Of a stretch of 64,000 nt of DNA, positions 1-9,443 are shown one piece after another. Source of the DNA: Myxococcota bacterium. GTDB lineage: Bacteria > Myxococcota_A > UBA9160 > JAFDDA01. The stretch spans positions 4,480,001-4,544,000 of the forward strand of contig OZ245817.1 in assembly GCA_965228475.1 (NCBI GenBank), given 5' to 3'. Position numbers and translations under genes: made by a program. How positions within the stretch are numbered: position 1 is the first letter of the stretch; each line of letters opens with the position of its first letter. The notes below the pieces were generated by a model. The model searched no databases. It was not told the DNA's origin and saw only the letters and a program-made list of their open reading frames with translations.

Positions 1-1315
1 GGTACCAGCGGATGGCCGGCTGGCCCCAGTGCTCCCACAGGTCGTGGACCTGATCGGGCGGCACGAGCCGGTCCGCCGTCCCGCCGAAGATGGCCCGGTG
101 CTCGTGGGGCACCCGACATTCGAGATCGAGCGGCGACACCACGCGCAGGACATCGTTCACGTGCTCCTGGAAGAGGCCCCCGTGCTCGATGGAGAGCAGC
201 TCGAGCGGCGCACCGTGGCGCCACATGAGACGCGAGAGGTCGGTCGCGGGAATTCCCGCGATCACGCAGGCGAGGTCGGCGTCGAGGGTCGAGAGCAGCG
301 AGGCGTTGTAGCCGCCGAGCGAGAGCCCGAGCGTGCCGATGCGCGTCGCGCCCTCGGCGCGCAGCCAGGAGAGCATCCGGCGGATGTCCCACATCGCCTG
401 GGCCTCGGCGTGGACGCCGTTGAACACGTCGCCGTCGAGGTAGCCGTCGCCGCTGCGGCGGCCGATCTTGCGCGGCCCGTGGATCGGGAGCACGGGCATC
501 AGCACGTTCAGATCGTGCTTCTGCCAGATGCGCCGGAAGGCGCCGATGTCGGTGAACGGCCAGCCCATCTGATAGCCGTGCACGCAGACGAGCCAGGGTT
601 TCTCCGGCGAACTCGCCCGCAGGATGCGGCCGTAGGCCGTGCGGTTCGGCGCGTAGCCGAGCCAGCGCTCGCGGCCGGGCTCGCCTTCCACCGGCTCGTA
701 CCCGCTCTCGAAGCGGAGCTCCTCGAAATCGACGCCGATGGCGCGGCGCTGCCGGAGCGAAACGTCTTCGAGCGGCGGCGGCGTCCGGTGGTAGTCGATC
801 GGCTTCTCGAGCCAGCCCTGGCTCTCGAAGAACTCGCTGCCCTCTTCGATCTCGGCCTGGATTCGTTCGCGCTCGAGCCCCCAGGGCGAACTGCGCGAGA
901 GGTTCATCGTCGAGAGCAGGACCTCGTCGACGGCGACCTGCGCCGCGACGCTCAGGGTGAGCGGCGGCGGCGGCACGCCGGGGAGATGCGGTTCCTGGCG
1001 AATGGCGGCGATGCCCGCCGCGATGAAGGAGGCGGCCGAGAAGCTCGCGAGCACGGCGCCGATCCCGACGCCCACGGTGAAGAACGTCGGCAGCGCGAAC
1101 AGCGTCCCGACCGCGGCGCCGAGGCCTGCGAACTGGGTGATGCGGTCGTCACCCGGCCAGAGCAGGAGCGAAACCCCGGACCCGAGCAGCAGCACACCGG
1201 GGACGAGGGCGAGCACGAAGCCGACGACGCCGAAGCTTCCGGCGCACCACAGCCAGGCGAGGCCCGCCAGGGCGGGGATGATGGCCTCGCGGGGCCAGCG
1301 CGGCTGCTCGTACAT
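1..1315 (-). CDS. Alpha/beta hydrolase with N-terminal membrane segments (ABHD18/DUF2048-like); 3' end runs off the window
   Basis: Not in the ORF track. Manual minus-strand translation from ATG 1315: MYEQPRWPREAIIPALAGLAWLW (hydrophobic), VCVHGYQMG, nucleophile motif GLSLGG, GTADRLVP; open to base 1. Confidence 0.8.
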   Translation of the reverse strand, partial: MYEQPRWPREAIIPALAGLAWLWCAGSFGVVGFVLALVPGVLLLGSGVSLLLWPGDDRITQFAGLGAAVGTLFALPTFFTVGVGIGAVLASFSAASFIAAGIAAIRQEPHLPGVPPPPLTLSVAAQVAVDEVLLSTMNLSRSSPWGLERERIQAEIEEGSEFFESQGWLEKPIDYHRTPPPLEDVSLRQRRAIGVDFEELRFESGYEPVEGEPGRERWLGYAPNRTAYGRILRASSPEKPWLVCVHGYQMGWPFTDIGAFRRIWQKHDLNVLMPVLPIHGPRKIGRRSGDGYLDGDVFNGVHAEAQAMWDIRRMLSWLRAEGATRIGTLGLSLGGYNASLLSTLDADLACVIAGIPATDLSRLMWRHGAPLELLSIEHGGLFQEHVNDVLRVVSPLDLECRVPHEHRAIFGGTADRLVPPDQVHDLWEHWGQPAIRWY

Positions 1316-1371
1316 GAAGACTCCCTTCCCTCGACCCGGACGTTACCTTCCCGGGCCGGGAGGTGGCAAAG

Positions 1372-2763
1372 ATGGGGTCGAGCAGGGGGAACGCAAGGTC
1401 GGGAAGCACGCAGGTCTCGCGCAGCCGCGCGTGGAAGACCCTCGGGGCCCTACTGGCGGCGGCGACCCTCACGGCCTGCGGCGGCGATGCGGAGGAGCCC
1501 GCCGCGGAGCCCGCACCCGAGCGCGCGGCAGCGAGCCCCCTCGCGGCGGCGATCGACGATGCGGCCGCGCGCCACGAACCCGAGGTGGTCGCCTGGCGGC
1601 GGGACATCCACGAGCACCCGGAGCTCTCCAACCGCGAGTTCCGCACCGCGGAGCTCGTCGCGAAGGAGCTCGAACAGTTCGGCCTCGAGGTCCGGCGCAA
1701 CGTCGCGCACACCGGCGTCGTCGCCCTGCTCGAGGGGGGACGGGAAGGCCCGATCGTCGCGCTCCGGGCGGACATGGACGCCCTGCCCGTCACCGAGGAA
1801 ACGCGGCTCCCCTTCGCCTCGCGGGTGCGCACCGAGTACGAGGGGCGCGACGTCGGCGTCATGCACGCCTGCGGCCACGACGCCCACACCGCCATCCTGC
1901 TCGGCGTCGCCAAGACCCTCTCCGAGATGCGGGACGAGCTCCCGGGCTCGGTGATGTTCATCTTCCAGCCCGCCGAGGAAGGCGCGCCCAAGGGCGAGGA
2001 GGGCGGCGCCAAGCTCATGCTGGCCGACGGCGTCTTCGCCCAGTGGCAGCCAGGAGCCATCTTCGGCCTGCACGTCGTCCCCCAGCACGAGGCCGGCGAG
2101 ATCGCCTGGCGCTCCCGCGGCGCCATGGCCAGCTCGGACCGGCTCCGCATCGAGATCCACGGCCAGCAGACCCACGCGGCCTACCCGTGGCTCGGGGTGG
2201 ACCCGATCACGGTCGCCGCGCGCACGGTCCTCGCGCTCCAGGCCCTGCCCGCGCGCAGCGTCGACGCCCGGATCCCCTCGGTCGTCTCGATCGGCCAGAT
2301 CCAGGGGGGCGTGCGCAACAACATCATTCCCGACCGGGTCGAGCTGGTCGGAACGATCCGCTCCCTCGACCCGCTCCTGCGCGAGAACCTGCACGAGCAG
2401 GTCCGCAAGACCGCCGTCGGGACCGCCGAGGCCGCGGGCGCCCGCGCCGAGGTCACCATCGACCGGGGCTATCCGGTGACCTTCAACGACCCGGAGCTCG
2501 TGCGCGCCTCGCTCCCGACACTCGAACGCGTCGCCCCGGGCCGGGTCGTCGAGACGCTACCCCGCACGGGCGCAGAGGATTTCTCCTACTTCGCCCGCGA
2601 GGTCCCGGGCTTCTACTTCTGGCTCGGCATCCGAGCGCCCGGAACCCGCCCCGAGGACGCCGCGCCCAACCACTCGCCGCTCTTCCGGATCGACGAGTCC
2701 GCCCTGGTCCTCGGCGTGCGCGCCCTCTCGAACCTCGCGGTGGACTGGCTCGCGGCGAACTGA
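1372..2763 (+). CDS. M20D family amidohydrolase/peptidase, probable lipoprotein
   Basis: WRRDIHEHPELS, ALRADMDALP, MHACGHDAH, FQPAEEG, AEDF, NHSP motifs; LTAC lipobox; GGAGGT before ATG 1372 (track start 1363). Confidence 0.9.
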   Translation: MGSSRGNARSGSTQVSRSRAWKTLGALLAAATLTACGGDAEEPAAEPAPERAAASPLAAAIDDAAARHEPEVVAWRRDIHEHPELSNREFRTAELVAKELEQFGLEVRRNVAHTGVVALLEGGREGPIVALRADMDALPVTEETRLPFASRVRTEYEGRDVGVMHACGHDAHTAILLGVAKTLSEMRDELPGSVMFIFQPAEEGAPKGEEGGAKLMLADGVFAQWQPGAIFGLHVVPQHEAGEIAWRSRGAMASSDRLRIEIHGQQTHAAYPWLGVDPITVAARTVLALQALPARSVDARIPSVVSIGQIQGGVRNNIIPDRVELVGTIRSLDPLLRENLHEQVRKTAVGTAEAAGARAEVTIDRGYPVTFNDPELVRASLPTLERVAPGRVVETLPRTGAEDFSYFAREVPGFYFWLGIRAPGTRPEDAAPNHSPLFRIDESALVLGVRALSNLAVDWLAAN

Positions 2764-2768
2764 GGCCC

Positions 2769-2792
2769 GCCCGGGCCTCCGGGGGCCCGGGC
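2769..2792 (+). terminator. GC-rich hairpin after the amidohydrolase, possible terminator
   Basis: GCCCGGGCC (2769-2777) / GGCCCGGGC (2784-2792) 9-bp stem; no U-tract. Confidence 0.4.
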
Positions 2793-2872
2793 CAGACGCT
2801 CCGCGGTGCCCCTCCCCGCTCCTCGCGCTCTGCGGTGGACTGGGCGGTGGCGAATTGAGACAATCGCCCGCG

Positions 2873-5260
2873 ATGGCCGATGCCCTACCGCCGCCCGTGG
2901 CTCCGCGGGTCGAACCGCCGCGTTGGCCGAACAGCCTCTCGGGACGCTTCGTCTTCCTGATCGATGCGGCGAGCGCCTTCGAGCGGAGCCTGCTCGAAGA
3001 GTGGGTCGCAGAGCACCGCCCGGAAGAGGTCTCCGACGCCGACATCGATTGCATCGCGATGCAATCCTCCCGGCGCGGCGGAAGGCGCAAACCCGACGCG
3101 GCCCTCGAGGCACGCCTCGCGGTGGGCGACGACCCGCTGCTGGTTCCGCTGCGCGTCTGCTGGCTCCCGCGCAAGAAGCCGGACGGCCGGCGCTCGGTCC
3201 GCTTCCGCGACCTCCTGTTCGGCGACCCGCGCGACCCGGGCCGGCTGCGCCAGCGCTTCATCCGTTCCCGCGAGCCGGACCGCTGCCGTCTCGTCGCGGG
3301 CGACCCGGCCCCCGCCTCCGAACTTCGCGAGCGCTGGCGCACCGCCTGCGGCTTCGCCGGCGCGGAGACGTTGAGCCTTCCCGAGTACGTGGCGCGCCAG
3401 GCCACCCTCGCCCTCGAGCGCGCCGAGCGGCGCCTGCGCGGCACGCGCTACAAGGTCCCGCGCTTCGTCCACGAAGGCATCCTCTCCCGGCCCGCGTTCC
3501 GCGGCGGCATCGAGCGCATCGCACGGGAGAGCGGGAAGGATGCAAGCCAGCTCGCGAAGACGGCGGCGCGCTACCTGCGCGAGATCGCCGCGACGCACAG
3601 CCCCTTCGTGATCGACCTCGCCTCGAACTTCATCCACTGGCTCTACACGCGCGGCTATTCCGAAACGATCGACTACGACCGCGAGCAGCTCGAGGGCATC
3701 TACGCCCTCGCCCAGCGCCACCCGGTCGTCTTCCTGCCGACGCACAAGTCGAACCTCGACCACCTCTCGCTGCAGTACGTGCTGCACCAGAACGGCCATC
3801 CGCCGAACCACACCGCCGGCGGCATCAACATGAACTTCTTCCCGCTCGGCATGCTCTGGCGCCGCAGCGGTGTCTTCTTCATCCGCCGGAGCTTCAAGGA
3901 CAACGAGCCCTACAAGTTCGTCCTGCGCCAGTACATCGACTACCTCGTCGAGAAGCGCTTCCCCCTCGAGTGGTACATCGAAGGCGGCCGCTCGCGCTCC
4001 GGGAAGCTCCTCCCGCCCCGCTACGGGATGCTCGCCTACGTGGTCGATTCCTACCGGCGCGCCAAGGCCGAGGACGTGATCCTGCTGCCGGTCTCCATCG
4101 CCTACGACCAGATCCAGGACGTCGGCAGCTACGCCGCGGAGCAGAGCGGCGGAGCGAAGCAGGCGGAAGGCTTGGGTTGGTTCCTCGGGGTGGTGCGCTC
4201 GCTCGGCCGGCCCCTCGGAAAGATCCACATGCGCTTCGGCGAGCCCCTCTCCCTGGCGAGCGTGCTCGGCCCCCCCGACCCGGAGGCCGAGCCGCGCGCG
4301 GACGAAGTGAGCCTCGCCATCCAGAAGATCGCCTTCGAAGTGTCGGCGCGAATCAACCGGGCGACGCCGATCACCGCGACGTCGCTCGTCTCGATGGTGC
4401 TGCTCGGACGCGGGGACCGCGCGATGAGCGCCGACCAGATCTTCGACGTCCTCGCACCGCGCCTCGAGTACCTGCGCAAGCGCAAGCTGCCGACCACCGG
4501 GGACCTCGAGCTCGACACGCCGGCCGGCGTACGCCGTGCTCTCGACGCGCTGGCAGGAAACAAGGTGCTCACCTGCTACGACCAGGGCCCGGAGCCCGTC
4601 TACGGCATCGAGGCGAACCAGCACCTCACCGCCGCGTACTACCGCAACACCATCGTCCACTTCTTCGTGAACGCCTCGATCTGCGAGCTGGCCCTGCTGC
4701 GCGCAGCCGAGCCCGAGGCCGGAGAGCCTCTGGAGGCGTTCTGGAAGGAGGCCATGGCCCTGCGCGACCTGCTGAAGTTCGAGTTCTTCTTCGCGGAGAA
4801 GGATTTCTTCCGCCAGGAGATCCGGGAGGAACTCTCGCTCCAGGCGGTCGATTGGGAGGACCGCATCCGCGAGGGCCCGGACTCGATCCTGCGCATGGTG
4901 ACGAACTGGAGCCCCTTCAGCTCCCACCGCACCGTGCGGCCGTTCATCGAGGCGTACCGGGTCGTGAGCGACGAGCTCGAGGGCGCCGACGGCCCGATCG
5001 ACGAGGCCAAGTTCCTGGCCGCGTGCCTGACGCGCGGACGCCAGTACCGTCTCCAGCGCCGCATCCGCAGCGAGGAGTCCGTTTCGAAGGTGCTCTTCCA
5101 GACGGCGCTGAAGCTCGCCGGCAACCGGGGGCTCCTCGACCCCGAGGCCGAGGACCTCGCCGAGGACCGGCAGGAATTCGCCGAGGAAGTCCGCAGCGTC
5201 GCCCGCCGCGTCGAGGGCATCGACGCCCTGGCCGCGAGCCGCAGCGCCGGGATCTGGTAG
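2873..5260 (+). CDS. plsB: Glycerol-3-phosphate acyltransferase (PlsB/GPAT family)
   Basis: HKSNLD (HX4D), FFIRRSF, YIEGGRSRSGK, PVSIAYD blocks; ~795 aa. Confidence 0.85.
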   Translation: MADALPPPVAPRVEPPRWPNSLSGRFVFLIDAASAFERSLLEEWVAEHRPEEVSDADIDCIAMQSSRRGGRRKPDAALEARLAVGDDPLLVPLRVCWLPRKKPDGRRSVRFRDLLFGDPRDPGRLRQRFIRSREPDRCRLVAGDPAPASELRERWRTACGFAGAETLSLPEYVARQATLALERAERRLRGTRYKVPRFVHEGILSRPAFRGGIERIARESGKDASQLAKTAARYLREIAATHSPFVIDLASNFIHWLYTRGYSETIDYDREQLEGIYALAQRHPVVFLPTHKSNLDHLSLQYVLHQNGHPPNHTAGGINMNFFPLGMLWRRSGVFFIRRSFKDNEPYKFVLRQYIDYLVEKRFPLEWYIEGGRSRSGKLLPPRYGMLAYVVDSYRRAKAEDVILLPVSIAYDQIQDVGSYAAEQSGGAKQAEGLGWFLGVVRSLGRPLGKIHMRFGEPLSLASVLGPPDPEAEPRADEVSLAIQKIAFEVSARINRATPITATSLVSMVLLGRGDRAMSADQIFDVLAPRLEYLRKRKLPTTGDLELDTPAGVRRALDALAGNKVLTCYDQGPEPVYGIEANQHLTAAYYRNTIVHFFVNASICELALLRAAEPEAGEPLEAFWKEAMALRDLLKFEFFFAEKDFFRQEIREELSLQAVDWEDRIREGPDSILRMVTNWSPFSSHRTVRPFIEAYRVVSDELEGADGPIDEAKFLAACLTRGRQYRLQRRIRSEESVSKVLFQTALKLAGNRGLLDPEAEDLAEDRQEFAEEVRSVARRVEGIDALAASRSAGIW

Positions 5261-5270
5261 TCGGCCGCGC

Positions 5271-5702
5271 CTAGCCGGCGGAGATCCGCCCGTCACGGAC
5301 CCGGGGGTCCGGAACCTCGCAGTGCTCGCCGCAGACCTCACCGCGGCCCGTGATGCGGAGTCGGTTGCGCGCGAAGAACCGGTACATCGCGTCGAACACG
5401 GGCCGCAGCAGCGGCCAACCGGTCGGCGCCACCAGCCAGCCGAGACCGACCGCGGCGTAGACCCGCCGGAACACCTCGACCCCTTCGACGAGCTCGCCGC
5501 TCGGCAGCACGCCGTGGATCCGCGCCATCAGCTCGCCGTGGGTGCGCCCGTAGCGGGCGGCGTCGAACCCCTCGGCGGCGATGTCCTCGAATCCCGCCCG
5601 AAGGCCTTCGGGATCGCGACGCCGCAGCATCTCGATCTCACGCACGCACAGGGGGCAATCTCCGTCGTAGAGTACCGTGATTTCAGGGCTTTTCGGGTTC
5701 AT
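5271..5702 (-). CDS. DCC1-like thiol-disulfide oxidoreductase (DUF393)
   Basis: VLYDGDCPLC (DxxCxxC) at the N-terminus, YRFFARNR at the C-terminus; GGAG before ATG 5702. Confidence 0.9.
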   Translation of the reverse strand: MNPKSPEITVLYDGDCPLCVREIEMLRRRDPEGLRAGFEDIAAEGFDAARYGRTHGELMARIHGVLPSGELVEGVEVFRRVYAAVGLGWLVAPTGWPLLRPVFDAMYRFFARNRLRITGRGEVCGEHCEVPDPRVRDGRISAG

Positions 5703-5747
5703 GGCTTCTCCGGGCAAGGCGTCGTGTCCAAGGGGAGGATCCCTCGA

Positions 5748-5801
5748 TGAACAACTTTTGTCAAACTTTTATTTGACAAAACTTAGACACTGGCCGATGA
5801 T
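5748..5801. promoter_or_regulatory. Divergent promoter region and probable CarH/LitR-type operator
   Basis: AT-rich island; perfect 10-bp inverted repeat TTTTGTCAAA (5756-5765) / TTTGACAAAA (5772-5781); TTGACA (5773) and TAGACA (5784) at 11-bp spacing; TTGACA-N17-GATGAT on the + strand. Confidence 0.75.
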
Positions 5802-5807
5802 CTCCCC

Positions 5808-6692
5808 ATGTCGGAGATCGAAGGACGCTATTCCGCCGCCGCCGCCAGCCGCCTCACCGGCGTCTCCGCGCACTGCCTGCGCGCCTGGGAGCGCCGCTAC
5901 GGGGCCGTCCGGCCGGTGCGCACGCCGGGCGGCGCCCGGCGCTACTCCGAGCGCGAGGTCCAGCGCCTCCGGCTGCTCCGCCGGGTCGTCTCGGTCGGCC
6001 ACCCCATCAGCGAAGTCGCGGGCCTCGATGACGGCGCCCTCAGCGCACGCCTCGCCGGAACCGAGACCGAGACCCCGCCGGCGGACCTCCGCATCGAAGA
6101 GATGATCGAGGCCGCGCGGGCCCTCGACGTGGACCGGATCGACAGCCACCTGGCGCGCCAGCTCGCAGCGCTCGGCGTGCGCGAGTTCACCCGCGAGGTC
6201 GCCCTCCCCCTGCTCCGCCGCGTAGGGGAGGAGTGGGAAGCCGGACGTTTGGCGCCGACGGGCGAGCACGCCATCAGCGCGACCCTCCGCAGCCTGCTCG
6301 GAGACACGCTCCGGCGCGAAACCTCCCACGCCGAGGGCCCGCGGCTCCTGTTCTCGACGCCCGCGGGCGAGCACCACGAGCTCGGCAGTTTGATCGCGGC
6401 CGCCTACTCCCTCGGCTTCGGCGCACGCGCCGTCTTCCTCGGCGCGAACCTGCCCGCCGAGGAGCTCGCCGCCGCCGCCATCCGCACGGGTGCGAGTGCC
6501 ATCGCCATCGGCCTGGCCGGCCTCGACGCGGAGTCGGCGCGCCGGGAGGCCGAGACCCTTCGACGACTGCTTCCCACGGAGGTCGCCCTGTGGGCCGGCG
6601 GCCCGGGGGCCGAGGCCCTCCGCGACCTCCCTGGAATCCGAATCATCTCGCGCCTGGAGGAAATCGAGAGCCATGTCCGTAGCATCCACTGA
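5808..6692 (+). CDS. MerR-family cobalamin-binding transcriptional regulator (CarH/LitR-like photoreceptor)
   Basis: [11 protein letters not shown]-binding motif; W-x9-EH ([12 protein letters not shown]); ExHxxG (EHHELG); FLGANLP. Confidence 0.9.
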   Translation: MSEIEGRYSAAAASRLTGVSAHCLRAWERRYGAVRPVRTPGGARRYSEREVQRLRLLRRVVSVGHPISEVAGLDDGALSARLAGTETETPPADLRIEEMIEAARALDVDRIDSHLARQLAALGVREFTREVALPLLRRVGEEWEAGRLAPTGEHAISATLRSLLGDTLRRETSHAEGPRLLFSTPAGEHHELGSLIAAAYSLGFGARAVFLGANLPAEELAAAAIRTGASAIAIGLAGLDAESARREAETLRRLLPTEVALWAGGPGAEALRDLPGIRIISRLEEIESHVRSIH

Positions 6693-7956
6693 CACGTCGG
6701 CCGCGCGCCCTGCCGCGATGGTCTCCGCCCTCGACGGCTACCTCGCCCGTGTGGGTCCGATGACGACGCTCACCCGGGAGGAGGAGGTCGTGCTCGCCAC
6801 CCGCGTGCGCACCGCGACGGCGGAGCTGCGCGACGCCCTCCTCGACATGCCCTACACGGCGAGCGCGATGGTCGGCCGCTGGTGCCACATCCGCTCGGAG
6901 AACCGCGTCACCGGGACGCTGCACGAGCTGCACCGCGACGGCTCCGGCAAGGATCGGAGCCCCGAGGTCGATGAACACCTCGGCGCGATCGATCGGATCC
7001 TTCGACGGCCCGAGCCGGAGACGGAAACGGGCCGGAAGCGGCGCGCCGCGCGCGTGCGGAAGCTCCTCGAAGCGGCGAGCCCGCCCACCGAGATCCTGCT
7101 CGAGATCCAGAAGGAGCTCGAAGGACTCCGCGGTCCGAAGTTCGACGCGGATCGCCAGATGCCGCGCGCCGAGTTCCTTCGCCGCATGCGCGAGATCGAA
7201 GCGATCCACGAGCGCCTGAACGAAGCCAAGAACGAGTTCATCCGGCACAACCTGAAGCTCGTCATCTCCCTGGCCAAGGACTTCCGCGGGATGGGCATCC
7301 CGTTCCTCGACCTCATCCAGGAGGGGAACATCGGGCTGGTGCGCGCGGTGGAGAAGTTCGAGCCCGAACGCGGGTTCAAGTTCTCGACCTACGCGGTGTG
7401 GTGGATCCGCCAGGCGTTCATCCGGGCGATCCAGCGCCACTCGCGGACGGTGCGTCTGCCCTCGCACGTCTACGACCGCCTGATCGCCTGCAAGCGGGAA
7501 GAGGAACGGCTCCAGCACGAGCTCGGCCGGGCGCCGCGGCCCGCGGAGCTGGCCAGCGCCCTCGCGCTCGACGAGCCGACGGTGGAGCGCCTGCTCGAAC
7601 AGCGGACCCAGGCCGTCTCCCTCGACCAGCCCCAGGGCGACGAGGACGACCGGAGCTTCACCGAGCGCCTCGCGGACCCGGACGTCGCGGACCCCTCCGA
7701 GGCCATCGATTCGGCCGCCTTCTCGAGTTCGCTGCGCGGGCTGCTCTCGACGCTCACGCCGCGCGAGCGCATGGTGATCGAGCGCCGCTTCGGCCTGCGG
7801 GGGCCGGAGGAGCCGCTGCGCGCGGTGGGCGAGCGCCTCTCGCTCTCGCGGGAGCGGGTGCGGCAGATCGAGGGTGCGGCCCTCGCCAAGCTCCGCACGG
7901 AGGCGCTGCGCTGCGGATACGATTCCCTGCTGGACGCTTGGGCTCCCGAGGACTAG
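6673..7956 (+). CDS. RNA polymerase sigma-70 factor, group 2-like (RpoD/RpoS family without region 1.1)
   Basis: Region 1.2 ([14 protein letters not shown]), region 2 ([32 protein letters not shown]), region 4 (SRERVRQIE); alternative start 6718. Confidence 0.9.
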   Translation: MSVASTDTSAARPAAMVSALDGYLARVGPMTTLTREEEVVLATRVRTATAELRDALLDMPYTASAMVGRWCHIRSENRVTGTLHELHRDGSGKDRSPEVDEHLGAIDRILRRPEPETETGRKRRAARVRKLLEAASPPTEILLEIQKELEGLRGPKFDADRQMPRAEFLRRMREIEAIHERLNEAKNEFIRHNLKLVISLAKDFRGMGIPFLDLIQEGNIGLVRAVEKFEPERGFKFSTYAVWWIRQAFIRAIQRHSRTVRLPSHVYDRLIACKREEERLQHELGRAPRPAELASALALDEPTVERLLEQRTQAVSLDQPQGDEDDRSFTERLADPDVADPSEAIDSAAFSSSLRGLLSTLTPRERMVIERRFGLRGPEEPLRAVGERLSLSRERVRQIEGAALAKLRTEALRCGYDSLLDAWAPED

Positions 7957-7965
7957 AACGGAGGC

Positions 7966-8982
7966 ATGACGCTCGGAGAGTGGCAGGATCCGTTCCTGAC
8001 GAGGCTCGCACGCCGCCTGGTCACGATCCCCCTCTACTTCGTCCTGTTCGGCGTCTGTCTCACGCTGCTCCCCGCCCTGCTCGCGGTCGCAGCGGTCGCA
8101 GACCTCGTGCGCGGCGGACCGTGGGTGCTCGTCCGCAGCGTGCTGTTCCTCCAGTGGTACCTGTTCTGCGAGGTCGTGGGAATCGCGTTCGCCCTCGGGA
8201 TCACGGTGTTCGTCCGCGACCCGGAACGCCAGATCGAGCAATTCTTCCGGCTCCAGTGCCGCTGGCTGCGGGCCCTGTTCCAGGGCGGCGTCGTCTGCTT
8301 CTCGCTCCGCGTGGAGATCGAAGGCCGCGATGCCGTCTCTTCGGGCCCGGTTCTCGTCTTCATGCGTCACTCGAGCACGGCGGACGTCGTACTCCCGGGC
8401 GTGTTCCTCGCCGAGCCGCACGGGATCGTCCTACGCTACGTGCTGAAGCGGGAGCTCCTCTGGGACCCGTGCCTCGATCTCGCGGGGCATCGGCTCGTGA
8501 ACTGCTTCATCCGCCGGGGTTCCGGCGCACCCGAGCGCGAGATCGCCGCGATTCGCAGGCTCGGTGAAGACCTCGGCCCGGACGACGGCGTCCTGATCTA
8601 TCCGGAAGGGACGCGCTTCACGCCGTCGAAGCAGGCGCGCGCGCTCGAGCGGATCGCGAAGAGCGGAGACCTGCAACGGCTCGCGCGGGCTCGCGAGCTG
8701 ACCCACGTGCTCCCGCCGCGGCTCGGGGGCCCCCTGGCGCTGCTCGAACAGTGCCCCGACACCGACGTCGTGTTCCTGAGCCACACGGGCTTCGACGGCG
8801 CACGCTCCCTCGACGAGTTCTTCAACGGGGCGCTCGTGGGCCGGACGGTCCGCATGCATTTCTGGCGCTCCCCCCACACGGACATTCCGAAGGACGCCGA
8901 GGGGCGGGAAGCCTGGCTGTTCGACGAATGGCGGAAGGTCGACAAGTTCGTCGCCGCCCACGAAGAGGCACCCGGTTTTTGA
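7966..8982 (+). CDS. Lysophospholipid / 1-acyl-sn-glycerol-3-phosphate acyltransferase family protein
   Basis: HSSTAD (HX4D), YPEGTR; N-terminal TM helices; GGAGG SD. Confidence 0.85.
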   Translation: MTLGEWQDPFLTRLARRLVTIPLYFVLFGVCLTLLPALLAVAAVADLVRGGPWVLVRSVLFLQWYLFCEVVGIAFALGITVFVRDPERQIEQFFRLQCRWLRALFQGGVVCFSLRVEIEGRDAVSSGPVLVFMRHSSTADVVLPGVFLAEPHGIVLRYVLKRELLWDPCLDLAGHRLVNCFIRRGSGAPEREIAAIRRLGEDLGPDDGVLIYPEGTRFTPSKQARALERIAKSGDLQRLARARELTHVLPPRLGGPLALLEQCPDTDVVFLSHTGFDGARSLDEFFNGALVGRTVRMHFWRSPHTDIPKDAEGREAWLFDEWRKVDKFVAAHEEAPGF

Positions 8983-9443
8983 AGATCTACACCCTCGAGC
9001 GCGAACAGCTGATCGCGGCGGAGCCGGAGCGCGTCTTCGACTTCTTCGCCGACGCGAGGAACCTCGAAGCGATCACGCCCCCCTGGCTCGGGTTCCGCAT
9101 CCTCACGCCCGGCCCGATCGAGATGCGCAAGGGCGCGCGGATCGACTACCGGATCGGCCTCGCCGGCATCCCGATGCGCTGGCGGACCTGCATCGCGTCC
9201 TGGGAGCCCGGGCGCGGCTTCGTCGACGAACAGGAGAGCGGACCCTACGCCAAGTGGGAACACCACCACCGGTTCGAGTGCACCGACCGCGGCGTCTTCA
9301 TGAACGATCGCGTGCGCTACGCGCTCCCCCTCGGCCCCCTCGGCCGGATCGCGCACGCGGCGTGGGTCCACTCCGCCCTGGCCCGGATCTTCGATTACCG
9401 CTTCGCTCGCGTCCGGGAGGAGTTCGCGGAGGAGGTCGTTTGA
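8979..9443 (+). CDS. SRPBCC (START/cyclase-fold) ligand-binding protein
   Basis: VFDFFADARNLEAITPPWLGF, FVDEQESGPYAKWEHHHRF; TTG start overlaps the upstream TGA. Confidence 0.85.
   Translation: MKIYTLEREQLIAAEPERVFDFFADARNLEAITPPWLGFRILTPGPIEMRKGARIDYRIGLAGIPMRWRTCIASWEPGRGFVDEQESGPYAKWEHHHRFECTDRGVFMNDRVRYALPLGPLGRIAHAAWVHSALARIFDYRFARVREEFAEEVV

Noticed and set aside
29..1954. 641-aa + strand ORF and the many other long overlapping ORFs (e.g. 2885-5341-, 22557-25190-, 53286-56810-)
   Set aside because: Shadow or antisense frames of real genes in high-GC DNA; Arg/Pro/Ala-rich or mirror-codon text with no family motifs
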